A stretch of 64,000 bases of DNA from Betaproteobacteria bacterium (GTDB lineage Bacteria; Pseudomonadota; Gammaproteobacteria; Burkholderiales; SG8-41), in assembly GCA_028292225.1 (NCBI GenBank), contig JAQGMV010000106.1, positions 16,494 through 80,493 of the forward strand, read 5' to 3'. The translations under genes were made by a program, and so were the position numbers. Shown here piece by piece: positions 9,881-19,504 of this stretch (position 1 is its first letter; every line of letters starts with the position of its first letter). The notes under the pieces are model-generated. The model was not told the DNA's origin. It was given only the letters and a program-made list of their open reading frames with translations, and searched no databases.

Positions 9881-12357
9881 GCCAGCAGATCCGAGTCTTA
9901 CACCTCGAGGACAGCCCCTTCGACGCCGACCTCATCGGGCGCAGGCTCACCGATGAGCACCCCGGGTGCGAGATCACCTGGGTGCAGGGCAAAGCCGAGT
10001 TCGAGGCGAAGCTCGAAGGCCCGGCTTTCGATCTCATCCTCTGCGATTACAACCTCCAGGGCTACGACGGGCTTTCGGCGCTGAAGCTCGCGCACGGGAA
10101 GCAGCCGACAGTGCCCGTGATCATCGTCACCGGCACGCTCGACGAGGACCAGGCGGTCGACTGCGTCAAGGCGGACGCGACCGATTACGTCCTCAAAAGC
10201 CGGCTGCAGCGGCTGGGGCCTGCGGTCGTTCGCGCGCTGCGCGAAGCGGCCGAGCAGCGCGAGCGTCAGCAGGCCGAAGACGCACTGCGACAGAGCGAGC
10301 GGCGCCTGCAGCTCGCCCTCGAAGCGTCCGAAGTGTCGGTGTGGGAATTCGACATCGAGTCAGGCCACGTCGCATTCTCGCGCGAGCTCGGGCCGTTTCT
10401 CGGCTACACCGCGCACGAGGTGCCTGCGCGAATCGAGTCGTGGGAGTCGCTCGTCCACCCCGACGACGTGAAGCGCCTGCGCGTGGCGCTCGCGAAACAC
10501 TACCGCGGAGAGACCGCGCGCCTCGAGATCGAGTACCGCATCCGCGCGAAAAACGGCGAATGGCGCTGGCTGCAGACGGTGGGACGAACGGTTCGGCGCG
10601 ATGCGCAAGGCCGCGCGACCCTGATGTCGGGAACGCATCACGACGTGACCGAGCGCCGCCGCGCCGGGGAGATGCTGCGCCTGCAGGAGCTCGCGATCGA
10701 CGCGGCGACCAATGCGATCCTGATCGTCGATGCGCAGGCGCCTGATTTCCCGGTCGTCCACGTCAACCGCGCTTTCGAGCGCATCACCGGATACCGCCCT
10801 GACGAAGTGATCGGCCGCAACTGCCGCTTCCTTCAGCGCGAAGACCGCGACCAGCCCGATCTCGAGCGCCTGCGTGTAGCGATCGCCTCCGGCACCGAAG
10901 CGTCGGTGCTGCTGCGCAATTACCGGAAGGACGGCACGCTCTTCTGGAACAACATCCGCATTTCTCCGCTGCGTAACGACGACGGCGTCGTCACCCACTT
11001 CGTCGGTATCCAGAGCGACGTCACCGAGTTGAAGCAGTACGAAGCCGAGCTCGAGTACCGCGCCAACTACGACAGCCTGACCGGCCTCGCCAACAAGAAC
11101 CTGCTCAACGACCGGCTCGATCACGCGATCTCGTTCACCGACCGGTCGCGCCGCAAGTTCGCCCTGCTCTATCTCGACCTCGATCGTTTCAAGCTCATCA
11201 ACGACAGTCTGGGCCACGCGAGCGGCGACGCGCTGCTGAAGACGATCGCGTTGCGCCTTCGGGCGTGCGTGCGCGAATCCGACACCGTCGCCAGGCTCGG
11301 CGGGGACGAGTTCGCGATCGTCCTTCACGACGGGGAAAACGTCAGCTGGATCGCGTCGGTCGCGCAGAAGATCCTGACCGAGGTCGACCAGCCGGTCGGA
11401 ATAGACGGGCGCGACGTGTTCACGTCGGCCAGCATCGGTGTGTGCATCTTCCCCGACGACGGCGACCGCCGCGACGCGCTGCTGAAGCACGCGGACACCG
11501 CGATGTATCGCGCCAAGCACGCCGGCCGCAACCAGGTGTGCTTCTACACCGAGGATCTCAACGCCGGCGCGCTCGAGCGCCTCCAGCTCGAGGCGGACCT
11601 GAGGCGCGCGCTCGCGCTGCACGAGTTCGAGCTGCACTATCAGCCGCGCATGGACCTCGATACCGGCCGCATCACGTCGGTCGAAGCGCTGATCCGGTGG
11701 CGTCGCGCCGGCGGCGAGTTGATCCCGCCGATGCGCTTCATCCCGATTGCCGAGGAGACCGGCATCATCGTTCCGATCGGTGAATGGGTGTTGCGCACCG
11801 CGTGCGAGCAGATGCGGGAGTGGCGCGACGCGGGTCATTCGAGTCTGCGAGTCGCAGTGAACCTCTCGCCGCGGCAGTTCAGGCAGCCCGACATCGCCGC
11901 GACCATCCGTTCGATCCTCGCCGACACCGGCCTGGAAAGCCGTCATCTCGAGCTCGAAATCACCGAGAGCGTCGCGATGCACGACCCGCAGGCGACGCGC
12001 AGCGTGCTCGAGAAGCTGAGCGCCCTCGGCGTGCTGCACGCGATCGACGACTTCGGCACCGGTTACTCGTCGCTCGCGTACCTCAAGCGCTTTCCGATCG
12101 ACTTCCTGAAGATCGACCAGTCGTTCGTCCAGGGCGTCCCCGACGACGCCGACGACGCCAACATCGTGCGGGCGATCATCGCGCTCGGGCGCAGCCTCGA
12201 AGTCACGCTGATCGCCGAAGGCGTCGAGACCGAGGCGCAGAGCGATTTCCTCCACGCGCACGGCTGCCACGAGATCCAGGGTTACCTGTTCTGCAGGCCG
12301 AAGGCCGCGGCCGACCTCGCGCCGCTGCTCGCCGAGTCGCTCGGCCACACCATGTAA
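9877..12357 (+). CDS. response regulator with PAS-PAS-GGDEF-EAL output
   Basis: The ATG overlaps the kinase stop (ATGA at 9877-9880). REC domain: IRVLHLEDSPFD, acceptor in LILCDYNL, PVIIVTG. Two PAS domains follow. GGDEF domain: RESD I-site then RLGGDEFAIVL. EAL domain: SVEALIRW, DDFGTGYSSLAYLKRFPIDFLKID, EGVETEAQ. Confidence 0.92.
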   Translation: MSQQIRVLHLEDSPFDADLIGRRLTDEHPGCEITWVQGKAEFEAKLEGPAFDLILCDYNLQGYDGLSALKLAHGKQPTVPVIIVTGTLDEDQAVDCVKADATDYVLKSRLQRLGPAVVRALREAAEQRERQQAEDALRQSERRLQLALEASEVSVWEFDIESGHVAFSRELGPFLGYTAHEVPARIESWESLVHPDDVKRLRVALAKHYRGETARLEIEYRIRAKNGEWRWLQTVGRTVRRDAQGRATLMSGTHHDVTERRRAGEMLRLQELAIDAATNAILIVDAQAPDFPVVHVNRAFERITGYRPDEVIGRNCRFLQREDRDQPDLERLRVAIASGTEASVLLRNYRKDGTLFWNNIRISPLRNDDGVVTHFVGIQSDVTELKQYEAELEYRANYDSLTGLANKNLLNDRLDHAISFTDRSRRKFALLYLDLDRFKLINDSLGHASGDALLKTIALRLRACVRESDTVARLGGDEFAIVLHDGENVSWIASVAQKILTEVDQPVGIDGRDVFTSASIGVCIFPDDGDRRDALLKHADTAMYRAKHAGRNQVCFYTEDLNAGALERLQLEADLRRALALHEFELHYQPRMDLDTGRITSVEALIRWRRAGGELIPPMRFIPIAEETGIIVPIGEWVLRTACEQMREWRDAGHSSLRVAVNLSPRQFRQPDIAATIRSILADTGLESRHLELEITESVAMHDPQATRSVLEKLSALGVLHAIDDFGTGYSSLAYLKRFPIDFLKIDQSFVQGVPDDADDANIVRAIIALGRSLEVTLIAEGVETEAQSDFLHAHGCHEIQGYLFCRPKAAADLAPLLAESLGHTM

Positions 12358-12373
12358 TCCACCCCCGTCCCGA

Positions 12374-12476
12374 CCTTCCCGCTGGGGGGGAAGGAGAGTT
12401 AGAAACGGTCCCCTCGCTCAGCGGGAGGGTCAGGGGGGTTTGAACCTCGGATCAAAGCACGCGGTTTACCGTGCTT
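12374..12476. terminator. cluster of three stem-loops between convergent genes (terminator or REP-like)
   Basis: CCTTCCC/GGGAAGG (12374-12394), CCCCTCGC/GCGGGAGGG (12410-12429) and AAGCACG/CGTGCTT (12455-12476, enclosing the stop of the minus-strand gene). No clear U-tracts. Confidence 0.4.
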
Positions 12477-15099
12477 CGGCTTCCATGAGTCCGACTGAAG
12501 CTTCCCGAAGCAGCACGGTCGCTTCGTCCTTCGGCACCGGCGCGCTGAAGTAATACCCCTGCACTTCGTCGCAGCCGAGCCGCCGCAACAGATCGAACTG
12601 CGGCCGGGTCTCGACGCCTTCGGCGATCACGGTCAGGTGCATCGTGCGCGCCATCGCGATGATCGCGTCGGTGATCGCCATGTTGCCCGCGTCTCCCGGC
12701 AGGTCGGAGATGAACGAGCGGTCGATCTTCAGGGTATCGATCGGAAAGCGCTTGAGGTGTGCGAGCGACGAATACCCGGTGCCGAAATCGTCCATCGCGA
12801 TTCGAACGCCGAGCTCCTTGAGCTCCTCGATCACGAGAGCGGCGCCTGCGGGGTCGTGCATCACCATGCTCTCGGTGATCTCGAGCTCGAGATATCCCGG
12901 CTTGCAGCCGCTGCTCTCGAGCACCTGCAGGGTGTCCTTGACGAGCCCTGCATGCAGGAACTGGCGCGGCGAGAGATTGACCGCGATACGCGCCGGCGCG
13001 ATGCGCTTCGCCTGCCATTCCCGATGGGCTTTGCACGCCGTCTGTATGACCCAGTCGCCGAGCGGAACGATCAGGCCGTTCTCTTCGGCCAGCCGGATGA
13101 AACGCGCCGGAGGCAGGACACCGAGCTGCGGATGGCGCCAGCGCACGAGGGCTTCCATGCCGACGATGCGCCCGGTGCACGTTTCGATCTGCGGCTGGTA
13201 ATAGAGCTCGAGCTCGTCGCGCTCCAGCGCGCGGCGAAGTCCCGATTCGAGGCTGAGGCGCTCGATCGCGTCGTTGGAGAGCTGCGCCGAGTAGAACTCG
13301 AAAGCGTTGCGGCCTTTTTCCTTCGCGCGATACATCGCGGCGTCGGCGGTCTTCAGCAGCGTCTCCGGATCGGCGCCATCGGCAGGATAAGCGCTCACGC
13401 CGATGCTCGCGGTCACCCGGTACTCCCTGCCGCCGATCGTGAACGGCGCGGCCAGGGTGTCGATCAGCTTCTGGCTCACGCTGCCGACGTACACGGGATC
13501 GAGCACTTCTTCGAGCAGCACGACGAACTCGTCGCCGCCCAGGCGCGCGACGGTGTCGCCTGCCCTCAGGCTTTCGGTCAGACGCCGTGACGCTTCGCCG
13601 AGCACGTAGTCGCCCGCTTCGTGGCCGAGCGTGTCATTGATGACCTTGAACTTGTCCAGATCGATGAAGAGCACAGCGAGCGTTCGTCCATGGCGTTCCG
13701 CATTGGCGATCGCGCCGGCGAGGCGCTCGGCGAACATCGCGCGGTTCGGAAGCCGCGTCAGCGCGTCGTGCATCGCCATGAACTTCACTGCCTCTTCCGC
13801 CTGGGTGCGCACGAGATACTGCCCGACTTCGCTGCCGATCGCCTCCGCAGTGTTGATGAGCACCGGGTTCGGCTCGCCGGCGTCGCGATGGAAGAACTCC
13901 ATCACGCCGAGCACCCGGCTGCCGCGCATCAGCGGAAATGCAAAGCCCGCGTGCAGCCCTGCGGCGGTGGCGAGCGCCTGCCGCCTGAATCCCTCGCTGT
14001 CGCGTATGTCCGCTATCCATACAGGCTTGCGGGCCCAGTACGCGCGGCTCGCGAGCCCCCCGCTGTCGGCGCGCGGCTCGAGTTCGAAGCTCGCGATCGC
14101 CTCGTCGAACTGCCGGATGCCGGCGCTGTCGGAGCCCCAGCTCTCCGCGCGCTGGAGCCGTCCCGACGCCGGGTTCCAGTGCCAGCGGGCGCCGTAGTGC
14201 CAGCCCAGATCGGTGCAGAGAGTCCTGAGCACCGCGGTCATCGTTTCCGGCACGGTGCCGGCCTCTGCCAGCGCCCGGGTCACCGCGTGTTCCATCATCT
14301 GCCGCTTCTCGGCCTGCCTGCGCTCGGTGATGTCGACGATCGTGCCGATCACGCCGGCCGGTCCGTCGTCGCCGCCGTAGCTCGCCTTGTAGCAGATCAC
14401 GTCGCGCATCCGTCCGTCCGGCGCGGCGAGCGATGCCTCGTGCGTCTGGTCGCCGTCGCCCTGAAGCAGGGCGTCGGACCAGTCTGCGATTCCCGGAATG
14501 GCTGCGAACAGCTCGCGCGCGGTCCGCCCGATCGCAGCGCCTCGCTCGATCGAAAAGAAAGCTTCCCACGCGCGGTTGACGCCGCGATAGCGCCCGTCCA
14601 TGCCCATGAAGAAGATGGGATTCGGAAGCGCTTCCATCATGCCCTGGCTGATGCGCTCGGCCTCCGAGCGCCGCGATTCGCGCGTCATCAGGTACAGCTC
14701 GACGAAAACCCGCACCTTGGTGCGCAGGATCTCGGGTATCGCCGGGGTGACGATGCAGTCCACCGCGCCCAGCGCATAGCCTGTGGCTTCCTGCATGGCC
14801 TCGGCGTAGGCGGTGAGGAAGATGATCGGGGTGTGCGCAGTCTTCCCGCGGCCGCGGATATACCGCGCAGTCTCGAAGCCGTCCATCCCCGGCATGTTCA
14901 CGTCGAGCAGGATCACCGCGAATTCCCGGTCGAGTAGGCGCTTGAGCGCCTCCTGTCCCGAGCGCGCGGTGATGACGTTCTGGTCGAGATCTTCGAGCAT
15001 GCTCTCCAGGACGAGGAGGTTTGCCGGCCGATCGTCGACGATGAGGATGTTCGCTTTCTCGGACCCCGGGCCCGCCAGCTCGCCTGGTGTGTCGTCCAT
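12466..15099 (-). CDS. response regulator with PAS-GAF-GGDEF-EAL output
   Basis: REC domain: ANILIVDDRPANL, ILLDVNMPGMDG, IIFLTAY. A PAS domain follows, then a GAF-like region (LCTDLGWHYGARWHWNPASGRLQ). GGDEF domain: RAGD I-site then RLGGDEFVVLL. EAL domain: GMEALVRW, DDFGTGYSSLAHLKRFPIDTLKID. I placed the start at ATG 15099 (MDDTPGE), which is preceded by GAAGGAAC. The track ORF extends to 15174. Confidence 0.9.
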   Translation of the reverse strand: MDDTPGELAGPGSEKANILIVDDRPANLLVLESMLEDLDQNVITARSGQEALKRLLDREFAVILLDVNMPGMDGFETARYIRGRGKTAHTPIIFLTAYAEAMQEATGYALGAVDCIVTPAIPEILRTKVRVFVELYLMTRESRRSEAERISQGMMEALPNPIFFMGMDGRYRGVNRAWEAFFSIERGAAIGRTARELFAAIPGIADWSDALLQGDGDQTHEASLAAPDGRMRDVICYKASYGGDDGPAGVIGTIVDITERRQAEKRQMMEHAVTRALAEAGTVPETMTAVLRTLCTDLGWHYGARWHWNPASGRLQRAESWGSDSAGIRQFDEAIASFELEPRADSGGLASRAYWARKPVWIADIRDSEGFRRQALATAAGLHAGFAFPLMRGSRVLGVMEFFHRDAGEPNPVLINTAEAIGSEVGQYLVRTQAEEAVKFMAMHDALTRLPNRAMFAERLAGAIANAERHGRTLAVLFIDLDKFKVINDTLGHEAGDYVLGEASRRLTESLRAGDTVARLGGDEFVVLLEEVLDPVYVGSVSQKLIDTLAAPFTIGGREYRVTASIGVSAYPADGADPETLLKTADAAMYRAKEKGRNAFEFYSAQLSNDAIERLSLESGLRRALERDELELYYQPQIETCTGRIVGMEALVRWRHPQLGVLPPARFIRLAEENGLIVPLGDWVIQTACKAHREWQAKRIAPARIAVNLSPRQFLHAGLVKDTLQVLESSGCKPGYLELEITESMVMHDPAGAALVIEELKELGVRIAMDDFGTGYSSLAHLKRFPIDTLKIDRSFISDLPGDAGNMAITDAIIAMARTMHLTVIAEGVETRPQFDLLRRLGCDEVQGYYFSAPVPKDEATVLLREASVGLMEAEAR

Positions 15100-15324
15100 T
15101 GTTCCTTCGCTTCCTCGGTTACGCTGTCGGGCTTCGATTCGCGCCCGATCTGTCCAACCGCAGATCCGTAGCAACGCGCATGCCGCGATCCGCGTATCAT
15201 CCGTCCCCGATTGCTTCGACCGTGACTAACGGCACACGCGGCTTGCACTTTTCGGCACATAAACTGCTCTAATCACGCCGGTCCCCGTCGGGTGGACCCG
15301 CATCTGCCGCCGAGGACTTCGAGT

Positions 15325-15927
15325 ATGGCCCGTCAGCTTTCCGACCGCGAGAAGCGGGTCGCAGCGCTCATCTTCAGCGCGGCTGCGCTGATCCTCTGCG
15401 GGTTGCCGTTCGACTCCGCGCCCGGCATCGCCCCGGCCCTCATCGGCGTGAAGGAAGCGGCGGCAGCGGACAGCGGGGCGCACGATCATTCGGTGAACGA
15501 GCCGAAGGCCGCACCCGCGAGAAAGAAAGGACGCAGCGCCCGCGACGCGCCGATCGGGCGTGAAGGCGATCCGCGCAAAGTGAGCCGCGTCATCAAGATC
15601 GAGATGTCCGACGCGATGCGCTACTTCCCCGACCATATCTCGGTGAAAAAAGGCCAGACCGTGCGGTTCGTGGTCGGCAACGGCGGGCAGGTCCAGCACG
15701 AGCTGGTGATCGGCACGATGGACGACCTGAAGAAACACGCCGAGCTCATGAGAAAGCACGGCGAGCAGGGCCCGATGGTGCACGACGAGCCGAATGCCGC
15801 GCACGTCGAACCCGGCGCGACCGGGCGCATCGTGTGGCAGTTCACCAGAACCGGGGAGTTCTACTACGGGTGCCTCGTTCCGGGACACTTCGAAGCGGGA
15901 ATGATAGGCACGATCGTCGTGCGCTGA
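15325..15927 (+). CDS. cupredoxin-fold copper-binding protein (COG4454/CopI-like), secreted
   Basis: Signal-like N-terminus (RVAALIFSAAALILCGL). The C-terminal type-1 copper ligand set is H in VQHELVIG plus YYGCLVPGHFEAGMIGTIVV (Cys-x2-Gly-His-x4-Met). I placed the start at ATG 15325; the track start at 15292 is GTG. Confidence 0.7.
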   Translation: MARQLSDREKRVAALIFSAAALILCGLPFDSAPGIAPALIGVKEAAAADSGAHDHSVNEPKAAPARKKGRSARDAPIGREGDPRKVSRVIKIEMSDAMRYFPDHISVKKGQTVRFVVGNGGQVQHELVIGTMDDLKKHAELMRKHGEQGPMVHDEPNAAHVEPGATGRIVWQFTRTGEFYYGCLVPGHFEAGMIGTIVVR

Positions 15928-15935
15928 ACGCCTGA

Positions 15936-16877
15936 TCAGGCCTCAGCGGCTGTTGCGAGCATCGTCATCAACGCGGGCACCTCCGCGGCAAGCTCGCGCG
16001 CGAGGTAGCCGATCTCACCGAACCGCCGTGCGAGCCTTTCCCCCGCGCGCGCGTGCAGCGCGACGCCCCACACGCCCGCCTGCTCGAGCGACGCCCCGCG
16101 CGCGAGTAGTCCCGCGATGATACCTGCGAGCACATCGCCCGAGCCGGAGGTCGCGAGCCCGACGTTACCCCCGTCGTGGCGCCACACGCGAGCGTCCGGC
16201 GCGGCAATGTGAGTGATCGGACCTTTCAATGCGACCACCGCGTTCCACTGGCGCGCAGCATCGAGGGCAACGGCTCGAGGCCGGGATGTGATGCTGCCCT
16301 TGTCGTTGCCGCTCAGGCTCGCCATCTCGCCTGCGTGCGGGGTCAGGAGCACCGGCGACGTAAAACGCATGCGCGCCTCGCGTGCGTGCGTCGGCGGGCG
16401 CACCACGCGCATCGCCCCGGCGTCGAGGACGATGCGGGCCTTCGAGTATGTCTCGAGCAGCGCAACAGTGAGATCGCACGTCGACGCGTCATAAGGAAGA
16501 CCGGGCCCCACGAGCAGCGAGGTCGCACCTTCCGCAAGCTCTGCGAGCGCCGCGGCAGCGCCTGCCGCGATGCCGCCGGCGTCGCTTTCCTCGAGCGCGA
16601 CGATGCGGGACTCCGGAACGGCGAAGGCGAGCGCGCCAGCGATGCTCGCCGGTGCACCGATCGCCACTTTACCGGCGCCGGCGCGCAGCGCCGCCGTCGC
16701 AGCGAGAACCGCGGCGCCCGGTATCTCGCGCGAGCCCGCGACGATGACGACCCGGCCGCGTGTCTCCTTGTCGCCGTGATCTGAAGGCATCGGCAGCGGC
16801 CACGCCCGTAACGCGGCGTCGTCGACCCCGATCATGTCGGCAGCGACCCCGGTGTCGTGCGCCACGCGAGCTTTCAC
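15936..16877 (-). CDS. nnrD: ADP-dependent NAD(P)H-hydrate dehydratase (YjeF C-terminal domain family)
   Basis: DKETRGRVVIVAGSREIPGAAVLAATAALRAGAGKV, LLVGPGL, LLTPHAGEMA and GLATSGSGDVLAGIIAGLLARG are the carbohydrate-kinase-like NnrD motifs. The GTG start is 1 nt after the upstream gene's stop; ATG 16835 is an alternative. Confidence 0.85.
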   Translation of the reverse strand: MKARVAHDTGVAADMIGVDDAALRAWPLPMPSDHGDKETRGRVVIVAGSREIPGAAVLAATAALRAGAGKVAIGAPASIAGALAFAVPESRIVALEESDAGGIAAGAAAALAELAEGATSLLVGPGLPYDASTCDLTVALLETYSKARIVLDAGAMRVVRPPTHAREARMRFTSPVLLTPHAGEMASLSGNDKGSITSRPRAVALDAARQWNAVVALKGPITHIAAPDARVWRHDGGNVGLATSGSGDVLAGIIAGLLARGASLEQAGVWGVALHARAGERLARRFGEIGYLARELAAEVPALMTMLATAAEA

Positions 16878-16878
16878 G

Positions 16879-17700
16879 TTATGACTTCGGCGCGGCCGGC
16901 ACGTCCGGCTCCGCAGTGACGGGCGCTCCCGCTTCGACGAGCGGCGCGACGAAGCTCACGAGCTTCGGCACGAGCTTGCCGTTCTTCCCGCGAGCGGGAT
17001 CGAAGGCGTAAGAGGTCACCGAGCAGTTCGGGATGTCGCCCGCACGATCGATCTCGAGGATCTGCTGCTCGTCCATGCGCTCGAAAAGATAGCGAAAGCA
17101 GCTCACGATCACCTGATGTCCGACGATGAGGACGCGCTCGCGCCGGTATTCCCGGGTGATCGTGTCGATCACGTTGCGCAGTCGCAGGATCACGTCGCAC
17201 CAGCTCTCCCCTCCCGGAGGACGGAAATAGAACTTGCCCACGTGCGAGCGCTGGTCGGCCAGCTCGGGGAATTTCTGGATGATGCCGTGCTTGGTCAGCC
17301 GGTCGAGGATTCCGAACTCTTTCTCGCGCAGGCGCTCGTCGGCATTGAAGGTCAGGGCGTCGCGCGCGAGCCCCGCGGATTCGAGAACGATCTCGGCGGT
17401 TTGTCGCGCGCGGAAGTACGGCGAGCAGAGCACGACCGTCGGCCGCTCGCGCTCGGCCATCTCGCCGAACCACGCCCCGAGCGCGCGCGCCTGCTTCCTG
17501 CCGAGGTCAGACAGCGGGGTATCGACGTCACGGGTGAGAATATCGATGAGCGGCAGGCCGGCGGCTTCAGCGGCGTCACGGGCGACGTTCCCGGCGCTCT
17601 GGCCGTGGCGCACGATCCAGAGAGTGTCCGGCCACTTCTGCTCGCGGTCCGGGGTTATGCGCGATAGGTCGTCCATGACGCGGTCCCGATCAAGTTCCAT
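16879..17700 (-). CDS. histidine phosphatase family protein (phosphoglycerate mutase-like)
   Basis: LWIVRHGQSAGN carries the catalytic RHG motif. LCSPYFRARQTAE and a later VLIVGHQ motif fit histidine phosphatase branch 1. Confidence 0.8.
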   Translation of the reverse strand: MELDRDRVMDDLSRITPDREQKWPDTLWIVRHGQSAGNVARDAAEAAGLPLIDILTRDVDTPLSDLGRKQARALGAWFGEMAERERPTVVLCSPYFRARQTAEIVLESAGLARDALTFNADERLREKEFGILDRLTKHGIIQKFPELADQRSHVGKFYFRPPGGESWCDVILRLRNVIDTITREYRRERVLIVGHQVIVSCFRYLFERMDEQQILEIDRAGDIPNCSVTSYAFDPARGKNGKLVPKLVSFVAPLVEAGAPVTAEPDVPAAPKS

Positions 17701-17859
17701 GCCCGCGCCGCGTGGCCATCCGAATACTGCGCGTCACACACCGCCCGGAAACCGCGAATGCCGGTCCCTGCGGACAGACCTGCCCGCGATTCAAGTGTGT
17801 GCACCTGGCAGCCGTTACCTACGTAATCACGTCCAAACAACATCACTCCGGGTGAATCG

Positions 17860-18879
17860 ATGAAGATATGTGTAGTGGGAGCGGGGGCCATAGGCGGTTA
17901 TCTGGCGGTGTTATTCGCACGCGCCGGCAACGACGTGACGGTCATCGCCCGCGGGCCTCATCTCGCGGCGATCCGGGCGCACGGTCTGCGCCTGATCGAC
18001 GTACAGGGAGCGCACGTCGCCCACGCACGCGTCAAAGCGACCGCCGACCTGGAAGAGGCCGGCGTCCAGGACCTCGTCCTCCTCACTCTCAAAGCTCACC
18101 AGGTCGAGGCGATCGCCTCCAGGCTGCACGCGTTGATGCACGACGAGACCGTGGTCGTGCCTATGCAGAACGGCATTCCGTGGTGGTACTTTCAGCGCCA
18201 TGGCGGCGATCACGAAGGCCTCGCCGTCCACACCGTCGATCCCAGCGGCGTCCTGGCGAGGAGCATAGACCCCGCGCGCATACTCGGCTGCGTCGTGTAT
18301 CCGGCGACGACAGTCGTGGCCCCCGGCGTGATCAAGCACATCGAAGGCAACCGGTTTCCGCTCGGTGAGCTCGACGGGGTGGAGTCGGAGCGCGTAGCGA
18401 AGATCTCGCAGGTGTTCGTCGACGCAGGGCTCAAGTCGCCGGTGCTCGGCGATATCCGCTCCGAGATCTGGCTCAAGCTGTGGGGCAACCTGAGCTTCAA
18501 CCCGATCAGCGCGCTCGCTCATTCGACCCTGGTCGATCTGTGCGAGCACCCGCTCGCGCGCGAGCTCGCGCGCAACATGATGCTCGAAGCGCAGGCGGTC
18601 GCGGCCAAGCTCGGAAGACAGTTGCGCGTCACCGTCGATCGGCGCATCGAAGGCGCCGCACGCGTCGGCAAGCACAAGACCTCGATGCTTCAGGACGTCG
18701 AAGCCGGCCGCGATCCGGAGATCGACGCACTCGTCGGCTCGGTCATCGAGCTCGGCGCCCTGACCGGCGTGCCGACTCCGCACATCAGCTCGGTCTACGC
18801 GTGCGTGAAGCTCCTCAGCCAGACGATGGCAATGGAGAAAGGGGCGGTGCGCGTGATGCCACTGGCCGTCGCCGCCTGA
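17860..18879 (+). CDS. panE: 2-dehydropantoate 2-reductase (ketopantoate reductase family)
   Basis: MKICVVGAGAIGGYLAVLFARAGNDVTVIARG is the N-terminal Rossmann fold. LLTLKAH, a C-terminal ApbA_C-like region (IWLKLWGNLSFNP, KTSMLQDVEAGR) and a length of 339 aa also fit. Confidence 0.8.
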   Translation: MKICVVGAGAIGGYLAVLFARAGNDVTVIARGPHLAAIRAHGLRLIDVQGAHVAHARVKATADLEEAGVQDLVLLTLKAHQVEAIASRLHALMHDETVVVPMQNGIPWWYFQRHGGDHEGLAVHTVDPSGVLARSIDPARILGCVVYPATTVVAPGVIKHIEGNRFPLGELDGVESERVAKISQVFVDAGLKSPVLGDIRSEIWLKLWGNLSFNPISALAHSTLVDLCEHPLARELARNMMLEAQAVAAKLGRQLRVTVDRRIEGAARVGKHKTSMLQDVEAGRDPEIDALVGSVIELGALTGVPTPHISSVYACVKLLSQTMAMEKGAVRVMPLAVAA

Positions 18880-18891
18880 GGCGACTCCGCG

Positions 18892-18966
18892 AAATCGGGG
18901 AAATCGGGGAAATCGGGGACAGACCCCGATTTACGGGTGGTGAAAATCGGGGTCTGTCCCCGATTT
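18892..18966. repeat. REP-like palindromic element pair (family A) with a 3x 9-bp tandem at its 5' end
   Basis: AAATCGGGG occurs three times in tandem (18892-18918). The last copy pairs with CCCCGATTT across loop ACAGA (hairpin 18910-18932). A second hairpin, AAATCGGGG-TCTGT-CCCCGATTT (18944-18966), is the inverted copy. Related weaker copies lie at 19005-19023 and 45203-45253. Confidence 0.8.
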
Positions 18967-19013
18967 ATGTGTTCAGGCGCGGGCTTCAGACCTCCCCCCG
19001 GATCAAACCGGGG

Positions 19014-19379
19014 TCAGTCCCCGTCCATCCCGTTTTCCTTCAGCAGCCGCTCGCATTCGTCGAGCAGGTCGAACGCCAGTACCGGCCGATACCTCGCGTC
19101 GAGCGCTTCCATCATCTCGTGCGCGGTGTATTGCCCCGCCTGGTGCGTGAGCGTCGCTGCCAGCCGGCGCGCGAAGTCGTCGCTCAGCGCCGAAAGCACC
19201 CGGCGCTCGGCCTGCGCGAGCTGAAGCCTGGAGCGCGAGAGCCAGAGCCCGGCGAGGCTCACTCCCTGTGCGACCGTCATCCACTTGCCGTGCTCGTAGT
19301 ACGCGGAGAGCCGCTCGGCGGTGAGCGCGAACAGCAAGGCTTTACGGGTATCGAGGTCGAGGGCCTGCGGGTTTTCCAT
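19014..19379 (-). CDS. hypothetical protein (121 aa, helical, acidic C-terminus)
   Basis: ATG-initiated ORF with typical codon bias. No motif recognised. The last few codons and the stop sit inside a family-A REP-like hairpin. Confidence 0.45.
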   Translation of the reverse strand: MENPQALDLDTRKALLFALTAERLSAYYEHGKWMTVAQGVSLAGLWLSRSRLQLAQAERRVLSALSDDFARRLAATLTHQAGQYTAHEMMEALDARYRPVLAFDLLDECERLLKENGMDGD

Positions 19380-19504
19380 GAATTGCGATCTTTCAGTGCC
19401 TCTATTCCGCGGATTACGTCCTGGACGTCCGCGCTAAGGTTGGATACCCGGGCGCGCCATACGTCTGACGCCCGGAGCGATCGATAAACAGGGACGGGGC
19501 GGCG

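Noticed and set aside
18892-18966. Possible CRISPR-like array, suggested by repeated AAATCGGGG units and palindromes.
   Set aside because: The repeat unit is only 9 bp and the units are contiguous, so there are no spacers. The structure is a pair of REP-type hairpins, and no cas genes are present in the window.
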